Of a stretch of DNA of 64,000 nt, positions 1 to 14,500 are shown in pieces; positions within the stretch are counted from its first letter, which is position 1; the number at the start of each line of letters is the position of its first letter. The notes under the pieces were generated by a model that worked only from the letters and a program-made list of their open reading frames with translations, made no database searches and had not been told where the DNA came from. This DNA comes from Phoronis australis. Lineage: Eukaryota; Animalia; Phoronida. Location of the stretch: positions 826,803 to 890,802 of the forward strand of contig NMRA01000020.1 in assembly GCA_002633005.1 (NCBI GenBank). Reading direction: 5' to 3'. Position numbers and translations under genes: made by a program.

Positions 1-612
1 CAAGTCTTGCTATAATACATTATGAACAACATTATTTATAAAACATGTATGACGCCATTTTGGTTCCGAACAAACTATACTTGGTCATATCGAAAACTTC
101 GAATAGCTTGTAACCGAAATTGCGTCATGTTTATCAAAATTTAGTCCGATGAAGGCCAACATGACGTCTTTATAAAAAAATTAAACAAGTTTAAATTCAG
201 CGTGCTTCTGGCACCATTGTCAAGGATAGTCAAGAGTAAAAGGACAACTTTTTATAACAATGACCTACGGATTTTGTTGAAAGACCTCCAGAGGCATAGA
301 CGAGCGGTAGGCCTACAACTAGTTCAGGATAAACAAATGACGAAGACATGCGAGTGACAATTTATGTACATGTAGCAAAAACTTCCACTGATTTACTGAC
401 TAGGTCACTTTGCTCTCATTGATGTTAAGGGGATACACGTGAAGACGGCAGCACATGCTCGTGATGAGAGGTATGAAATCTGCAAGTCCATAATTCCTCA
501 GAATTCTCTAGTTCGCCATACGCGCGCGTCATCTTCCGTCTATTTGTTAAAGGGTTGTTCCTTTTAGTTTCAAAACAACAGTGCTGCTCCAAGACAACGG
601 TGTGCTGATGAA

Positions 613-824
613 TTAGTTGAGAACTCGTGATAAGGTAAGCAGCAAGCATAAAGTCCCGAGTAAAACATTGAAATAAACGTTTGAGGCTGAGTTACATTTC
701 TCTGAGTCCGAGCAAAAGCACGTGGTGGTCGTCATCTCTATTGACTGGTGTTTTGCAGTAACTGGGTCCCGACAACCCTCAGCCATCTTTTGCGGTGAGC
801 AAGAGCGCGCAATCTGCAACTCAG
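613..824 (-). CDS. Ly6/quiver-like exon 3 (C-terminal Cys cluster and GPI signal)
   Basis: Acceptor ttcctttcag|, ELQIARSCS...TCFCSDSEKCNSASNVYFNVLLGTLCLLLTLSRVLN*. Confidence 0.85.
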
Positions 825-3800
825 CTGAAAGGAAAAGGAATAAAAAATAATTAAAAACGAGCGCATGCAACGGAAAATAGACGCATGTTAAAATAAATAT
901 CACCTTTGAAGTATATGGGAATCTCCAATTTTAGAAACTAAGAATGGTATTTTAAACAGCAGGACTTCCATAGTAAGCCAACAAACGCGAAATTTTCTCT
1001 AATTTGTAGGCCCTATGTGCACAGATGGTATGACGTGCGTGACAATAAGGTTTAAAGTAAGAGATTCCTCATCTTAAAACGATAATAAACCCTGTTTTGA
1101 TGATTTCAACCAATACTCGCTCTGTCACCTTCCGATGCACCATTGGCGTCAATCGCCCAAGTTAGACAGGAATCAACCAAAACATTATACTCCCTATGTC
1201 ACGGACTGGACATTATGGTCTTTGACGAGTGGTATTTTCCCATAGTTGCCGTGTAATTCACTAAGCATAGGTCAGGCTTGCCCGTTTAGCATACTTTGAA
1301 AGGAGTTTTCGAATTTTCCTCCAAACTTTTGAGGGTTGTCAAGGCTTACAGAGCATTATTTGGTTTCAGAGAACTGGATGGGAAAGTCGTTTTTAGTATC
1401 TGTTCATAGGCCAAGACCGGGTTTGGTAGTAGCCTTTTAAGCAAAAAAGCTTATCGTCCAGATAATTGTCATTACAATAGGTACAACAAACATGGTAATG
1501 AACAATCGTATAAATAATAAAAGGAACGTGAAGATACAACGGTAATGAATTACAGTTAATTCAACAATGACAAAGCATGAAATCTTACATGAAAATGATA
1601 ATGATAAGATTAAAAACAATATTTAAATATAAATATTTTGAATGCAATGTACAAATAATTGTGATGTTGGAAATCATATGAAAGACACCTATACCCCAGA
1701 TAATGATTATTAACTTGAACAAAGGTGGTGCAAACGCTTCTTAAAATGGATAAAAGTATTTCTGTGTTTAAATTGACCAAGGAGATCATTCCACTCTCGA
1801 ATGGCAAGAATAAAAAATGCTTTGCATAAAAAGTAGTGCTGTGTCTAAGTATCGGAAGGTTATGTCGTGAGGCAAAACGAGAATTTGCTCCATGTGTGGA
1901 GTAAACTGGTATAATATTTCTGGTAAGGTATTCTGGTGCACCACCGCAGACTGCGGGACCTACATGCTACAAACACTGACGCAGAAAACAGGATCTGCAT
2001 CAGTTTCAAAGTATCGTACATCATTGTGGACATGGCTATAATTATTCGCCGGTGATCAAAAAGCGCATTTTACAGTGATGGAAATTGAAAACCGTCAACA
2101 AAATGAAATGATTTTATCTCTGAAGTTAAACAATTGAAATTTTTTTGATACTGCCAATCTTTGCAACGGCCGAGAAATCGTGAGACATGTGCCATTTTAG
2201 AACTCATTTTCGTCTGCAGAAAATTGTTGTTGGTCAAGAATGACTGGTGTGTTTACCTTTTGCAAACACTGTGAACGTCTTCAACGGGCTACACATTACA
2301 ACATGAGTCATAACATCAAGCCGAAGATCAACAGCACGTCATTCATAAACCATAAGATACAAAAAGTTAATAACACTATTTTGAGAATCTTTGTACTAAA
2401 AGATAAACCTGTATTGTGAACTTGCATGTTTACTCTTTGAAAGTGACAGCTACATGGATAGTAGTTTTCAAAATATACTGGATAGATTTCGACAATCCAC
2501 GGTAAACTTCTTGGCATAAATATCTGTCAGTTTAACAGAACTCAAGTCGAAATAAATCAACCTTCTTGTCGAAATTTGGTAACAAATTAATGTGACATTA
2601 TTGTGCCAAGCCGCTAATTGTTCATTTGTGGAGCAAGTTGTCGCGATTTCGACAACGTGCCTGGAGCACCACCTGTCGAGGTTTTGCCGAGAATTGTCTG
2701 GAATTGAAACGGAGTCGAGTCGAAAAGAAACGGATATTTAGCTGCAGTTTTGTGCGTCGAAACTTTGTCCAATTCCATTTTTTTGTGAACGTTATTGTAC
2801 GTGTATGAAATGTGCTGCTTCCACGGTACACAACTGTAAGACAATGGTACAAATGCCTAGGTTTCTATCAACTCACGTGGTGCGTCGTCCAACTCGACTT
2901 TATCAATTTCCACAATAGTCTTGAGGCATCCGTGCTTACAGTACGCAGTTTTAATTGAACTGTCAAAGGTGGCACTATATGGATCGGAGCACGCGCCACC
3001 TGACCTGTCTCCCGACGATGACCAAGCGCATTCAACACATCTCATCTGTTTTTGGTCATTCGTCATCTGGCATGTTCCTGAAATGAACCCAAGTAGTATC
3101 GCTTTTTATCGGTGTGAACTGACACTTGGATGAACTTTCTATTAATATTTATTTGCATTTCTACTGATGTACGAATTATTGTTGTGGTCATGTAAATTGC
3201 CTTTATCTAATATCCAAAATCCAAAATCACAAGAGTGACACGGCAGCAACAGAATCAACAGCAACGCGCACCGTTGATATGCGACCACAGTGGGTATCGC
3301 TTTAAGCGCAGAACCAAGAGGTTGTTATTGTTTTATTCACAAAACGCGACACGGTGTTACACATTTGAACTTTGACGTTGTGTATTTAATCAACCATTTT
3401 CTCAGGGACACGCTGTTATTTCTCGAACAGGACCCAGTCGAATTTGAACTAAAAAACTATTGGGGCTGCCTGTAGTCCTCGAGAAAATTGAGGCGTTCAC
3501 GCAAAATAAATGGTGTGTGTGAACAAGGAACTGTGGCCCTTATACACTGTAGGAGTGAACGAGAACAGCCGTGCCGTTCTTGAAGAGACAGGCGAGGTAG
3601 TTTTTAAATATCCTGAGCGAAGATATTGAAACATATTGTCGATGATTAATCGAGTTCCATTAATTACCCAAGGTGCAGGACACCGAAATGTACCTAACGA
3701 ATATCAATTTTATTGATTAATACCCTAAAATCGATTATTATGTTGTCAATTGAATAGCTAAGGCCAATAACATAAAAATTAATTAACGTCCAGTACCATT

Positions 3801-6800
3801 AATGGCAAACATTGTGACGCAGAATGAAAGTTGCTGAGAACCGGCAAAATTAATGAATAGAGCGATTGGACTGTAGCTCACGAACAAGGTCTAAAGTGAG
3901 GAGCCCCCTCCCCAGTCGTCACAAGTTCCCATCCCTTGCATGTCGGTAAAATTCTCACCCCATGTACATATTACACCCTGGTCGTCACAATTTTCGAGTT
4001 CCTGGCCCTCCGTTAATCACAACATTTGCAGCAACAGCCTCTTCGCCAACTATCCTCCGGTCTCCACAATCCTCCCTCATTGCCCATACAAATTTCAAAG
4101 GGAACCTGTGTCTACACCGCGGAAACCTAAGCCATAGCTCACACGCAGAAGACCGACGAGACTGAAAAAATCACGTGCGAACACTCATCAGAAGTCTGGT
4201 GCGCTTTCTCATCACCATATTCCAATAACGTGATTTGTGGTTAGGCTTGGTTTGCTCATCATGATCGCACGTGACGTGCCAGAATGTTAGGATTTTTAAT
4301 GAGCAAAAACGAAAAAGGTGAAATACAATCCTAGTAGAAAAATGTTCAGATTTGGATAAATACGGAACGTCATATCTCAGAAATGACTGATCGGATTTAT
4401 ATGAAATTTTCACAAAATATGCTTGTTGTATCGTGTTAGGAATCGTTTTCAAAATGTTTTACTTTATTACAAGAGTCTATAAAAATGCACTTTCCATGAA
4501 AAAATCAAAAAGTTGTACACAACTCAATTATATTTTTGAAAACCGACAGCATTTGTGAGCTTTCACCTTAAATATTGTAACAAATGAAATTTGACATTGT
4601 CATCGATACCCGGATTTTGCTATGAATGTATCTTCCCTCTTTTAGTTAGCTAAATTTGTCTAAGAAGAGAATGGAAACGTGACAAAGTCATTGATATTGT
4701 TATAAAGTTTAAAATCCAGTCTATAAGCTTTATACTTTCAGAAACATTTTTAAATTTGAACTCTTATAAATTTCGAATTTCTTTAAAACTTAAAACATTT
4801 TTTAAAAGAATGATAGTATGTATATATTTGGCTACATGCAAAGACTTGTGGGTAAAGTTCTGCCTAACCAGTAGATAGGACGCCTTGTGAAAGCTCGGAT
4901 GATTTGCCCTCGGATATTACACTCTACCTACTGAATAGTCCGCAACGGCAGTCCAAAATATTAAAATGAGCTGAAGACAACCCTCGATCAATTGGCATAC
5001 GTGTAGTTCACGACAGAAGTCACTAAATTCAAACGCCAAGTATGAATTTATCAAAAAAGTAAGGTCTCATTAACTAGTACTGACTAAAATGAAATACACG
5101 TTGTTGGGGGAGGCCAGTTTTGAGTCAGGCATTACCAGCAGGTTCAGGTAATCTGCTTTTTCTTGTATTTGTGAATAGGCTGGAAATGAGAAAAGACACT
5201 AGTTTGGCTGTAGACACACTTTTATTCAAAATGGTGGCCCCTCTATACCAATGTTGCCAGCGAATGAGAAATTTTCTACCATTTCAGGATTCCCTCTAAC
5301 TACCCAAAATTGCAAAAAAATCTGGTTAGATCATGGTAGCACTTTCAGACCATATTTACAGAGTTTCTGGAAGGAAGTGGTGGTTTGCAGATGGAAACTG
5401 TCTATTTTGTATTTATGCCAGCCCTTTTTGGAGCCTCGCTTCCCTTTTCAATGGAAGTGAAAAGGCAAAAAATAATAAAGTTTTCGAGGTTACGTGTAGC
5501 AGTTTTGAAGTAAAATAATTCACAACTTTTCAGTTTGGTGGGCACAATTTGCAACAGAGTGGAAGCAAGTCCAGTGACGAGTGCAGTGTGCACTACCAGA
5601 CAAACCCAGTGAGAACTGTACAATGCCAAGGAAACCATCTCTGTTTTTGAGACATCCTTCTACCCTCTTTCTCATAAAATAAAAATTGTCCCTTTGATGA
5701 CCACGTTTTGTGCGAATTCACGAAATATTGTCGACATCCACGAATAATGGACGAGAGGGTCATGACTGTGTTCGAACTAATATACTCAAAACCTATGTCT
5801 GTTACCCTCTATGTTTTATTTCACAGAAGAAAACGCAAGGCATTAAAATAAGCACAAAAGAAAACAATTTAAGAGTTTGATTTTTTTCTTCAGAAGCAAA
5901 AGACTAAATTTTGAGGAACTCGAAATCAAGAAAAAATGTTTACTTACAACTACATAAGAAAATCATTACCGAGAAATATAGGTAAAGCTGTTAAAAATAA
6001 TACAGAACACCGCGCAACGAAATTAATCCATTTTCAAAAGGATTTCTTCCTTAGTTTAATCAGAGTTAGGTTTAGAGTAACCCATGTGAACTTTACATTT
6101 TTGTCGAAGGTACATCTGCTTAACCAGCTGTCACGGAAAACTAATTCGGTGACAATTCACTTTTTGTAGAGTTGTAGTAGGCAAAGACTAAAATACAAAA
6201 TATAAAAATGAAAAACTGTTCAACGATAAATTGAAACTGCGTCGAATCTCTTAAATGAAAATGTAACGTAGTGAAAACCGGAAGTAAACCGACTTTGAAA
6301 ATGAAGAAGTTATCTCAACTCAAAACAGCACCTGTTTTTCTAATTACCTGCACGGTAAATGAGAATTTTGCGAACCCTGTGCACTGACATTAGTAGTCTC
6401 AAGGTATTTGACTTCGCATCTTAAAAAATTGTTGGAAGGTCGACCAACATCTGTTTTACCGCGGTAATTAGATTTTGTTCGAGTGAAAACTGGAAATAGA
6501 AGAACATTACCGGCAACATTCACTTAAATATTACAAAAGGTGAAACGTTTGTGCCTATAGGGTGGGCATGTAATTCAGGCACACTATCTTCATGAAATAG
6601 AGCCAACGTTTTTGATACCCACCGTTTCAAGGTCTCTGGGCTTTGAAGCCCATCTACAACGGCAAGAGCGATTTACGTGACTCATTCAGTGGTGTGAAGT
6701 TATATATCCTCTTCTAATCCAAAAGTAGGATGGATTAAAAGTTATTTATTAATAAGATAGCGTAACAAGTGTAGATTGTACTTCGGCAACAAACATGGTG

Positions 6801-6999
6801 GTTGAAAATTAGCAGCAATGTTCCCAGTGACTAAGCTTAAGTTTGCTTTAGAATTCTGTGACCTAGTTTCATAACGAACGTACAACAACGAGAAGGTATT
6901 TTGAACGACCCAGCAGGTAAATGACTCACCTGAATGGATTACTCCACATAGAATAAAAATTGTGGTTGCCAGGAACATCTCGCGACCAAGTCCGCCCAT
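613..6999 (-). CDS. Ly6/uPAR (three-finger) family protein, quiver/sleepless-like, secreted and probably GPI-anchored; join(6930..6999,2877..3077,613..824), 160 aa
   Basis: Signal peptide MGGLGREMFLATTIFILCGVIHSGTC; 10-Cys domain (RCVEC..ACSDP..YCKHGC..RSCS..GCR..TCFCSDSEKCN) ending in the Ly6-type C-x-C...CN; hydrophobic C-terminal tail after NSAS. Two phase-1 GT-AG introns; 483 nt, open frame. Confidence 0.85.
2877..3077 (-). CDS. Ly6/quiver-like exon 2
   Basis: Acceptor ttcatttcag|, encodes TCQMTNDQKQMRCVEC...CKHGCLK...DDAP, donor |GTGAGT. Confidence 0.85.
6930..6999 (-). CDS. Ly6/quiver-like exon 1 (signal peptide)
   Basis: ATG at 6999, hydrophobic stretch, donor CAG|GTGAGT. Confidence 0.75.
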
Positions 7000-8010
7000 G
7001 GGCCGTTGATGATCAACAAATCACTGTTATATCCAATATAATATCAACCACCAAACTAGCCAGGTGTATCACCTTCGCATTCACCAGTAACACATAAATA
7101 GGTCAGCAGTACCCTCTGAACCAGGGGTCAATCACTAGGGCGCCCTCTAACGACGACCTGTCCCAGTAGCAACAATTAGTTTTTAAGATGCCGGAGGCTT
7201 CAGAAGGCCCTAATTTCAAATATTGGCGGAAACTAATAACAGTGTCATTGGTTTAAAATGTGGGTTAAGGTGGCACTCAATATTTTTTGAGCCACGATTG
7301 ATTTATCTGTCCCAATTTCGTTGGCACCTGTTGGGTGTAACTTTTTTGTGCTACGATGTCAGCAGGGCATTTCCTGGCGGTTGTTTTTTTAAGTTTTTGA
7401 ATCTGTTCATTTTGCAGTTTATGCCAGGTGTTAACCCCTTGAACCACTCTTTGGTCAATCCTGCCTTTTCTAAAACCTTCACTGCTTGCAAGCGGAAAGT
7501 TGAAATTTCGGTACCAATGAAGCCGTCCTCCCGCGGTTCCGTCCACTCAGTGCGACTGCTTTGGATTTGTAAAAAAAAAATGGCAGGGTGACACCCATTT
7601 TTCACCAGGTATCTGTAATCTGAAGAGCTTTGTCAGACTGAATGCACTGTCTCTCTGCTCGTAGTAACCACATGCAACTGGTGGCTTTGTTCATGCATCA
7701 GAAATCAAAACTCTAAGTTCTTTTTTGCCTTAGTCTGCGGGTTTCTAAAGTCAGAAAAGTGTTAAATGAAAGGAGCTGGTTGAAGCCGATACCATTGTCT
7801 GATATTAAAAAAACATATTTTCCACTTGGTATGGCTCCGTGATTTGTGTACACGGAATCCGGCTTGGCACCACCCCGTGCCCTTGAGTACCCGGTCCCGG
7901 TGGATTTCATAAGGTGCCTACCTGGCTAAATTTTTTGACCACGTCACGGGTTAATTATCTCTTTAGAGGACTCCGATCTCGACATGCTGAAATTAATAAA
8001 GCGCTATTAC

Positions 8011-8154
8011 CAGTGCTGTAGTGGTAAAATGAAAGGTAAGTAGGCGCCCCGAAGCCCACTGTATCACCTTGAGCACCATGAACGTATAACTACGTTTAAA
8101 TGCCAAAAGGTGGTTGGCTGCGTCTACGTGCCCCTACGCCCCACTACAGCACTG
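8011..8154. mobile_element. hAT-type MITE (144 bp)
   Basis: Perfect 14-bp TIRs CAGTGCTGTAGTGG / CCACTACAGCACTG; flanked by 8-bp near-TSD GCTATTAC / GCTATTTC (7/8). Confidence 0.75.
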
Positions 8155-10535
8155 GCTATTTCTGAATACTAACACTCGTCCTCGCGCGTCAAGTGACTTT
8201 ATTACTACGCACGAAGATCCACGATGGCCCTTTGAATGCCGGAAGTTGCTTAACCGATCATAATGCCGGCCAAAATGAAGTAAACTAAACAATAGGTGTG
8301 TATGTAAATACACGAACGCAAACCATTTCTGAATTTACCTTCAGTGCCAGATGTTATGTCATACATGGAGTTTCCTACATAATGTTGACGTCTTTAGATC
8401 TCTGTAAGAAAGCGCAGAGTAATTTGCTCAAGAAAAATTACGTGTAGTACTAAAATTACCGGTAGTTTTTTTTTTGGTATAGCAAGTTTGAAGAAAATGT
8501 ATTGTTCTATAGTTCTACTAACCCGCTATCCCAAAATGAATTGTTAATGTAAATTGAAATAATGCAATGATCTAATTTGTAACTGAAAATTTGATGTCTT
8601 ATGCTGTATATATGAGCATTGGATTTTTATTTTGCGTTGCATGTGTTGACTGACAAAAATGCCGGAGGGCAACCTCGGATAGCTACCGAGGTTGGGTTGT
8701 GCAACACAAAACAGGGAATGTCTGGCGATACGTATGTTATTTTAGAATTCAAGACTAATTTGTCACACCAGAGTGGCATTAGGGTAAATTCCAAAGAAGT
8801 TGCTAGGTGGAGAGATCCCTTAGGAAAATGAACAAATCGAACTTCTTCTCACGTCGTTGAAAGGGTCACTCTGATCTGCAAGATCAAATGGTGTTATTAT
8901 AAAGATTTCTTTTTTATTTTGTGCATCAATGAAACGAGATTTATTAGTATAAATTTAAAATTATCACAAAAACTGAAAGTAATGGTCGTGATGAGACTGA
9001 ATGAGTAAAATGGGCAGAAAATAAATAGCTTGAAAGGCCTGGTACCCTTTAAAAACATGACTCTAGAAAAAAAACATAAATCTTTTGTTAGGTTCCTAGC
9101 TCGTCTGTACGGTGCCACATGCAGGCGTCTCTGACGATCTCATCGGGAACGGACACAGCTTCCGTGACCGTCTTTTAGTGCAGGGATGGGCAAATCCCTA
9201 TCACCCTTACGTGAAAACCCGCCAGAAGTCATGAGTAAAACATCCAACAACTGCCCGTTCGAGGTTAATAACTGTAATTGAGGCTTTTTGAAGTATTCCT
9301 TAGGCTGTGATAGGTTGATCCAATTGGAAACCGTTGTCTGGTTGCGATCATTTTGTTGCCCCAAATACTTAGTCGCATTTCCATACACATGTCGTAAGGA
9401 ACCGAAAAAAAATCGTTTCCGTTTATACCATCATGTGCTCTCTGATTTCAGTAAAGAAAAATTGTAAAACAAATGACAAAAAAACGTGAAATAACCCATT
9501 TGTTTACAAGATGGATTAGATTTATGACCAATGACAGCTATCTACAAAAATACATACAAATTAAATAAATCCTTTTAAAGTGATGAAAATGAGCCAAGCC
9601 GGTGAATTCAGATGCTACATGTAGGTATATCACGCGAGTTCTAGAGTATTAATAATTTTCGAAACATTTACGCTGAGCACTTGATACTGATCAGAATTTC
9701 GACCTCAATCGGCTCACCAAGTTTTTGTGCCCAGGTTTTAAAAGAAAGGGCCACTGTGGCTATATGAGTCTGGTGAACTGAAGTTGTAGTTTAAGTGGAC
9801 ACTCGAGCAAGTGTTGACATCATTGCAATGGCCATGGCTTCCGGTTGTCTGTAGGTAATACACCGTTTTCAGTTTAACTATAGGTTGATAAACCGTTGTT
9901 GCCGTATCTACATGTATGTACTCGGTAATCAGTTTCAAATATGTATAATATTGGTAAATGATAACCCTGTCACGCAATGTTCATAATACTATATTAGAAC
10001 AACCAGCTTTCCCTGGCTAGCAGGAGACTGATACATGAGTTGCAGCTCATCAAAAGACAGAATCTTTCCTGAATCGGTCACGAATTTTGTTAGGAATCCA
10101 ATAGATGGACACTCGCACGGGGTGCGATGTGCAGAGCCGGGGGACGGGACATGAACGGCGGTCAAATGAGACGAAAGGTACCAAAGGCGTTCAACCGAAG
10201 ACACCACAACTTCTCTGACAGCGCACTAAATTATTCTTCCCTCGCTAGCGCTAGTCGTTTAACCAATCGTTAAAGAGCTGAGTATTGGCTACCCTCACGC
10301 AAGATATTCCCCCTCGTATACGCATATCCCTCCCTCTTTCGGACTGTTTTCACCGTCTCGCCGGCATGTTTTTGCTCGAGCACGCATCAACCTTGCTCCT
10401 GCACAGATTATTACCTTGCCAAAGAACCCCTATGAGATACTTACCTCCCAATCGGTTTCGCTATGAGATAGTTTGGGTCTTCACAGGAAGGTTGGTGCGT
10501 GACTTTCGTGAACAATCCTGCCAAACGTACCACGG

Positions 10536-10703
10536 CATAGGCGGATCTGGGGGTGGTGTCAAAGGGGTCCGGACCCGCCTTTTTTCCTTGATTTTAGTGA
10601 TACCAAATCTAGAATTTTCAAATTTTAATTGTTGACTTGGATCCCCCCTTTGTAAAAAACTCCATGATCCGACCCCCTTTCAAAAAATCTTGGATTCGCT
10701 CTG
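10536..10703. mobile_element. degenerate hAT-like MITE
   Basis: Begins CATAGGCGGATCTGGGGG, ends GGATTCGCTCTG (imperfect inverted); internal GGGGTCCGGACCC and CCCCCTTT repeats; no TSD seen. Confidence 0.35.
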
Positions 10704-11480
10704 GCTTGGCTTACAAACTGATATTGATCTAGTCTATCTCCGGTAAAGCGGTAAACAACCGAAGTGACAACCACTTATCGTTGGAAGATACGGTCAGATT
10801 CCTAGCTAGCATAACAACTGAATACAATTGAGTGGGTCTTTCAAACGAAAGGAATACACCCACAATATATTTTTCTTCAATTAACGTGATAAGTTGTAAG
10901 TGCACTAACGGTCTTGTCAGTCTACTGAAACCAGAAGTCTTAAAACAACTGGCCTTGTTCGAGTTTGTTCATGGTGGAAATACGCATGATAATTACAGAG
11001 CGGAGATAAGTTAACCCTACATTTCAGATTTCGTTTTCTCTAGCACAATTTTTTGATGTGACGAGTTCAGTGAAGTAGTAGTAATCCCCTGAGTGCAAAG
11101 AAACCACACACTAACACCTGGCCTATGGTAATTTTTTCATCGTGGATTACGTATGAAAATCGCAGATTTCGCTCCTTTATTCAGTTGAGCTGCTAGATAA
11201 TTTCCTTGTTTTAACCTCACAAGGTTGAGTTTTCGTTTTATTCATCGTGAAATCAAACAAAATTGACTTCCTCTGATTGCAACACCTACCGAGCTGTGTG
11301 TTGAAGACAAATAATCAGGAATTGGCAGGAATATTTTTACAATCAGTTACTTTTGACAGTTAATTTTTGCGTAGGTACGATAATGGCAGGCCGAGAGAAT
11401 TATAAGAGAACGACGGTGTGCGAGGGAATAAAATAGCAGGGTTGTCCCCGGCGTTTGTGGCGTGCCGCCGTGTGCCGCCN

Positions 11481-11489
11481 CGCACACGC

Positions 11490-11528
<39 letters not shown>
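11481..11528. repeat. (CA)n microsatellite
   Basis: cgcacacgcacacgcacacacacaca... next to a single N at 11480. Confidence 0.95.
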
Positions 11529-11529
<1 letters not shown>

Positions 11530-14500
11530 CACTGACGCTAGTTTGACCAAATTTGGTTTGCGTGCACACAAAACTGGTTTTGTTATTTGATACTTTGAAC
11601 AACCAGTGGAAGTCACCCCTGCATGGCTCCGGTTAGAGACATTTGCGGGTCCTCAGCCAACCCTGAGTGTAACATAAAATGGACCCTTAGAGGTTCAGTA
11701 TCCCGGTTTTGAATCTCCCATGAGTGTGTTGAATAAAATGAAATGTGACAGCCAATTCAGTAGAAAGTTAAGAAATGATAAAATGATGAGCCAGGCATAC
11801 AACTCCAATACTCTAAGCTCTAAGAACGAATAGCCAGTGTGAAAAAGTGTTCCAAAAATTAGCCTATGGTTCTAATTTGTGGAACTCTTTATCAGAGGAG
11901 GGGATATCGAGCTTAGATTTAAAAACAGTTGTGCTATGTGCAAACGCATGGACTGAGCCTCTTTGCAAGTGTGGAGCCTGTGATTTCCCTAGTCAAACAT
12001 AATCTCTCCAATGGTGCTAATTGTTAATCTTGTAAATAGTATTTTAATATTTGTTTTAATTTTATATTTATTTATTTTATAACTAATGTAATTATTTGTT
12101 GGGATACTAGCCTGTGGCTAGTGTTTTCTGTTGTTTTACTTTAACCGATTATAAAGTGACTTGACTTTGTGATTACAGAAAAACTAATCTCGTTCCCAGG
12201 GCTTTGGCACTCTGACGTCACGGAAAGCGTCCCCTGGCCCCTGGGTCTGTGCAGAAGATAAACAGTAAAACGAGCCCAGCACGAGAGAAAGGTACCCAGA
12301 AAATCCCGACGACCAATGATTTCTGCTCCAGTGGCTCTCAAAAACGCAATTATAATTATAGTGGTTTTGACCTACACAAGCTTGTTTCCGACAGTATGGC
12401 CATGAAACTTTTTCCTGTGACTTTTGCACTGGGGTTAGTTCAGTGAAAACCACCGGGGCAAAAGTTTGGTTTTAATCCGAAGTGGGCGGTAAATTTTTAA
12501 ATGATTTTAGTTAACCAAACCTGAGACCTCAGAGCGCAACCGTACCGTAAATCATACACAGAGTACAATTTGTTTGAAAATTTTTTTTCCAAACTGTCCT
12601 GTGTTTTTGAACTTGATTTAAGCCATAAAATATAGGTGTGTGGTTCTATACCGGAGAGTAACTCATCGGCGGTGCAGGTGAGCCTGAGCCCGCAATTTCT
12701 AAGTCCATTCGTCACCCTTTGTGCCCGTTCAGTTAGCAAAAATATCCATGAGAAAAACTCGCCTGGTCTCTAGCTGTAGCTACAGCAGTACAGCTCTCGG
12801 ACTGCTGTTATGTTTATAACTTAAAAAGTGTCAACTTACCGACCCCCTGTTATCATTACTCGTAGTAATAGTAAACATTGGAACTCAACACCCGGCCTAG
12901 TATTCTGTACACGTACATGCTATAAATTAAATCTTTATAAAATACTTGAAGACTTTTCGTTAAAATATACAAAAACAACACAAAAACAGTGCAAAAGATG
13001 ACATCGATTTTTTTGTAGATGCAAAATTTATGATTTTACAAAATACTAAGTTGATGTGAAGATGGTGTATGAATACAAAACTTGTAGTAATTTTCATTAC
13101 AGGCTTTGTTATTTTTTTACAAGCTTTTCAGTTTCATTCATGCACTTTCGAGAACGTCATGATATTTTCGTAATAGTGGATATAATAGTTTTACAGCAGT
13201 ATCTTATATTGAGAACTTTTTCAGTTGTGCAATTACATGTCCTTGTGTAAGTTGGTTAAGCAGACGTCTCTGGTGTCATCCATTTAAATGAACACCTGTG
13301 AATAGAACAAGACATAAAATAATGTCAGACTTTAATAAAATTGGCAACAGTTATCAAGAAAATCTTAGATATTATTAACCTTAATAAGCAATCTTGTTTA
13401 TTCATTATTTATAGTTTTTCATTTGAATGTGTAAACTAAAAATGGTCACAATGAATTTAACCAAAGTAAACTAATTCTCTATTTTGGTACAAGTATTAAA
13501 AGAAACACTCTGAACAAGCTTACTGTACACTTTATATGCATTCCAAAATGAGACTGAAGCTAACCAAGATGACCTTACAGCTTAGATGTCACAACTATTC
13601 TTTTGTCATGATATTGTGCAACCTCTAAATCCATTTGACAATTTAGGGCGTTTTTTGAAACTTTGTGTTCGATCCTAGACTATGTTTTGGGTATACATGT
13701 TCAGTAAACGTTCCAAATATGCTTGGTTAACAACATTGAAGTGAACAGGTCAAATACACAGCTGAGTCACTTTTATGGGCGTAATTGTGTATTGTTTCAG
13801 TTCCTAGAATCCCATGTACAGTAGTCTGCATGTCTCTTTTTATTCTACTTCTGTGATAGTGTGGGTTGTGACCTACATGTACAATCACTTCAGATAGGAA
13901 CTGATTCATATGTGGCAGTGGAGATAAAACCAGGAGAAATAGATTAGGGAACTTCAGCCCCAAGACATCACCAAAATGCCCCTCCAACACATTAAAGCTC
14001 CGTCATTAAGAGAAGAGAAAATAGCTATGCATATACTCAGGGTACCTGCTCTTCAATTAAGTTTACTTAACATTAACTGAGTGTGCAATCACTAATTGGT
14101 AATTCATTTGTGTTTTGTTAGTGCCTGTTCTAAATCACCCAGTGTATTTGATTTATTTTCTGTAGTTAATGAATTGAAGACAACAAAAAGTAAATATAGC
14201 TGTAAACAGTTTGCCTACCGGTACGTGAAACTTAATTCATTCTCAAGGAGATCTCATCACACACACAGAAGAGGATCAGTGTGATGGCAAATAGTAACGC
14301 AAAATGAGGTCCTCGCTATATGATGACAGGAAATGGTGGCAAACTCCCAAACAATTATATCCTCTCTCACTAAGTCTTGATCGACTATAAAATCGTACTT
14401 TTGTTTGATTCTTATAACAGCAAATCAAAGTATTCCCTGGCCTTCAAAGTGGCAATCCCAGGTGGTCATCTGGTTGTTTCCTACTCTTTTATTTTAGATT

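Noticed and set aside
7223-7910. Overlapping 65-122 aa ORFs on both strands
   Set aside because: No recognisable domain or splice context; typical random ORFs
10445-10517. Minus-strand exon-like segment (cag|...GAG|GTAAGT) and nearby ORFs 9989-10635
   Set aside because: Weak pyrimidine tract, two frames closed, no homology or partner exons; at most a non-coding exon
13230-13296. Minus-strand acceptor-like site (ttctattcacag) and donor-like site at 12839
   Set aside because: No coherent gene model could be built
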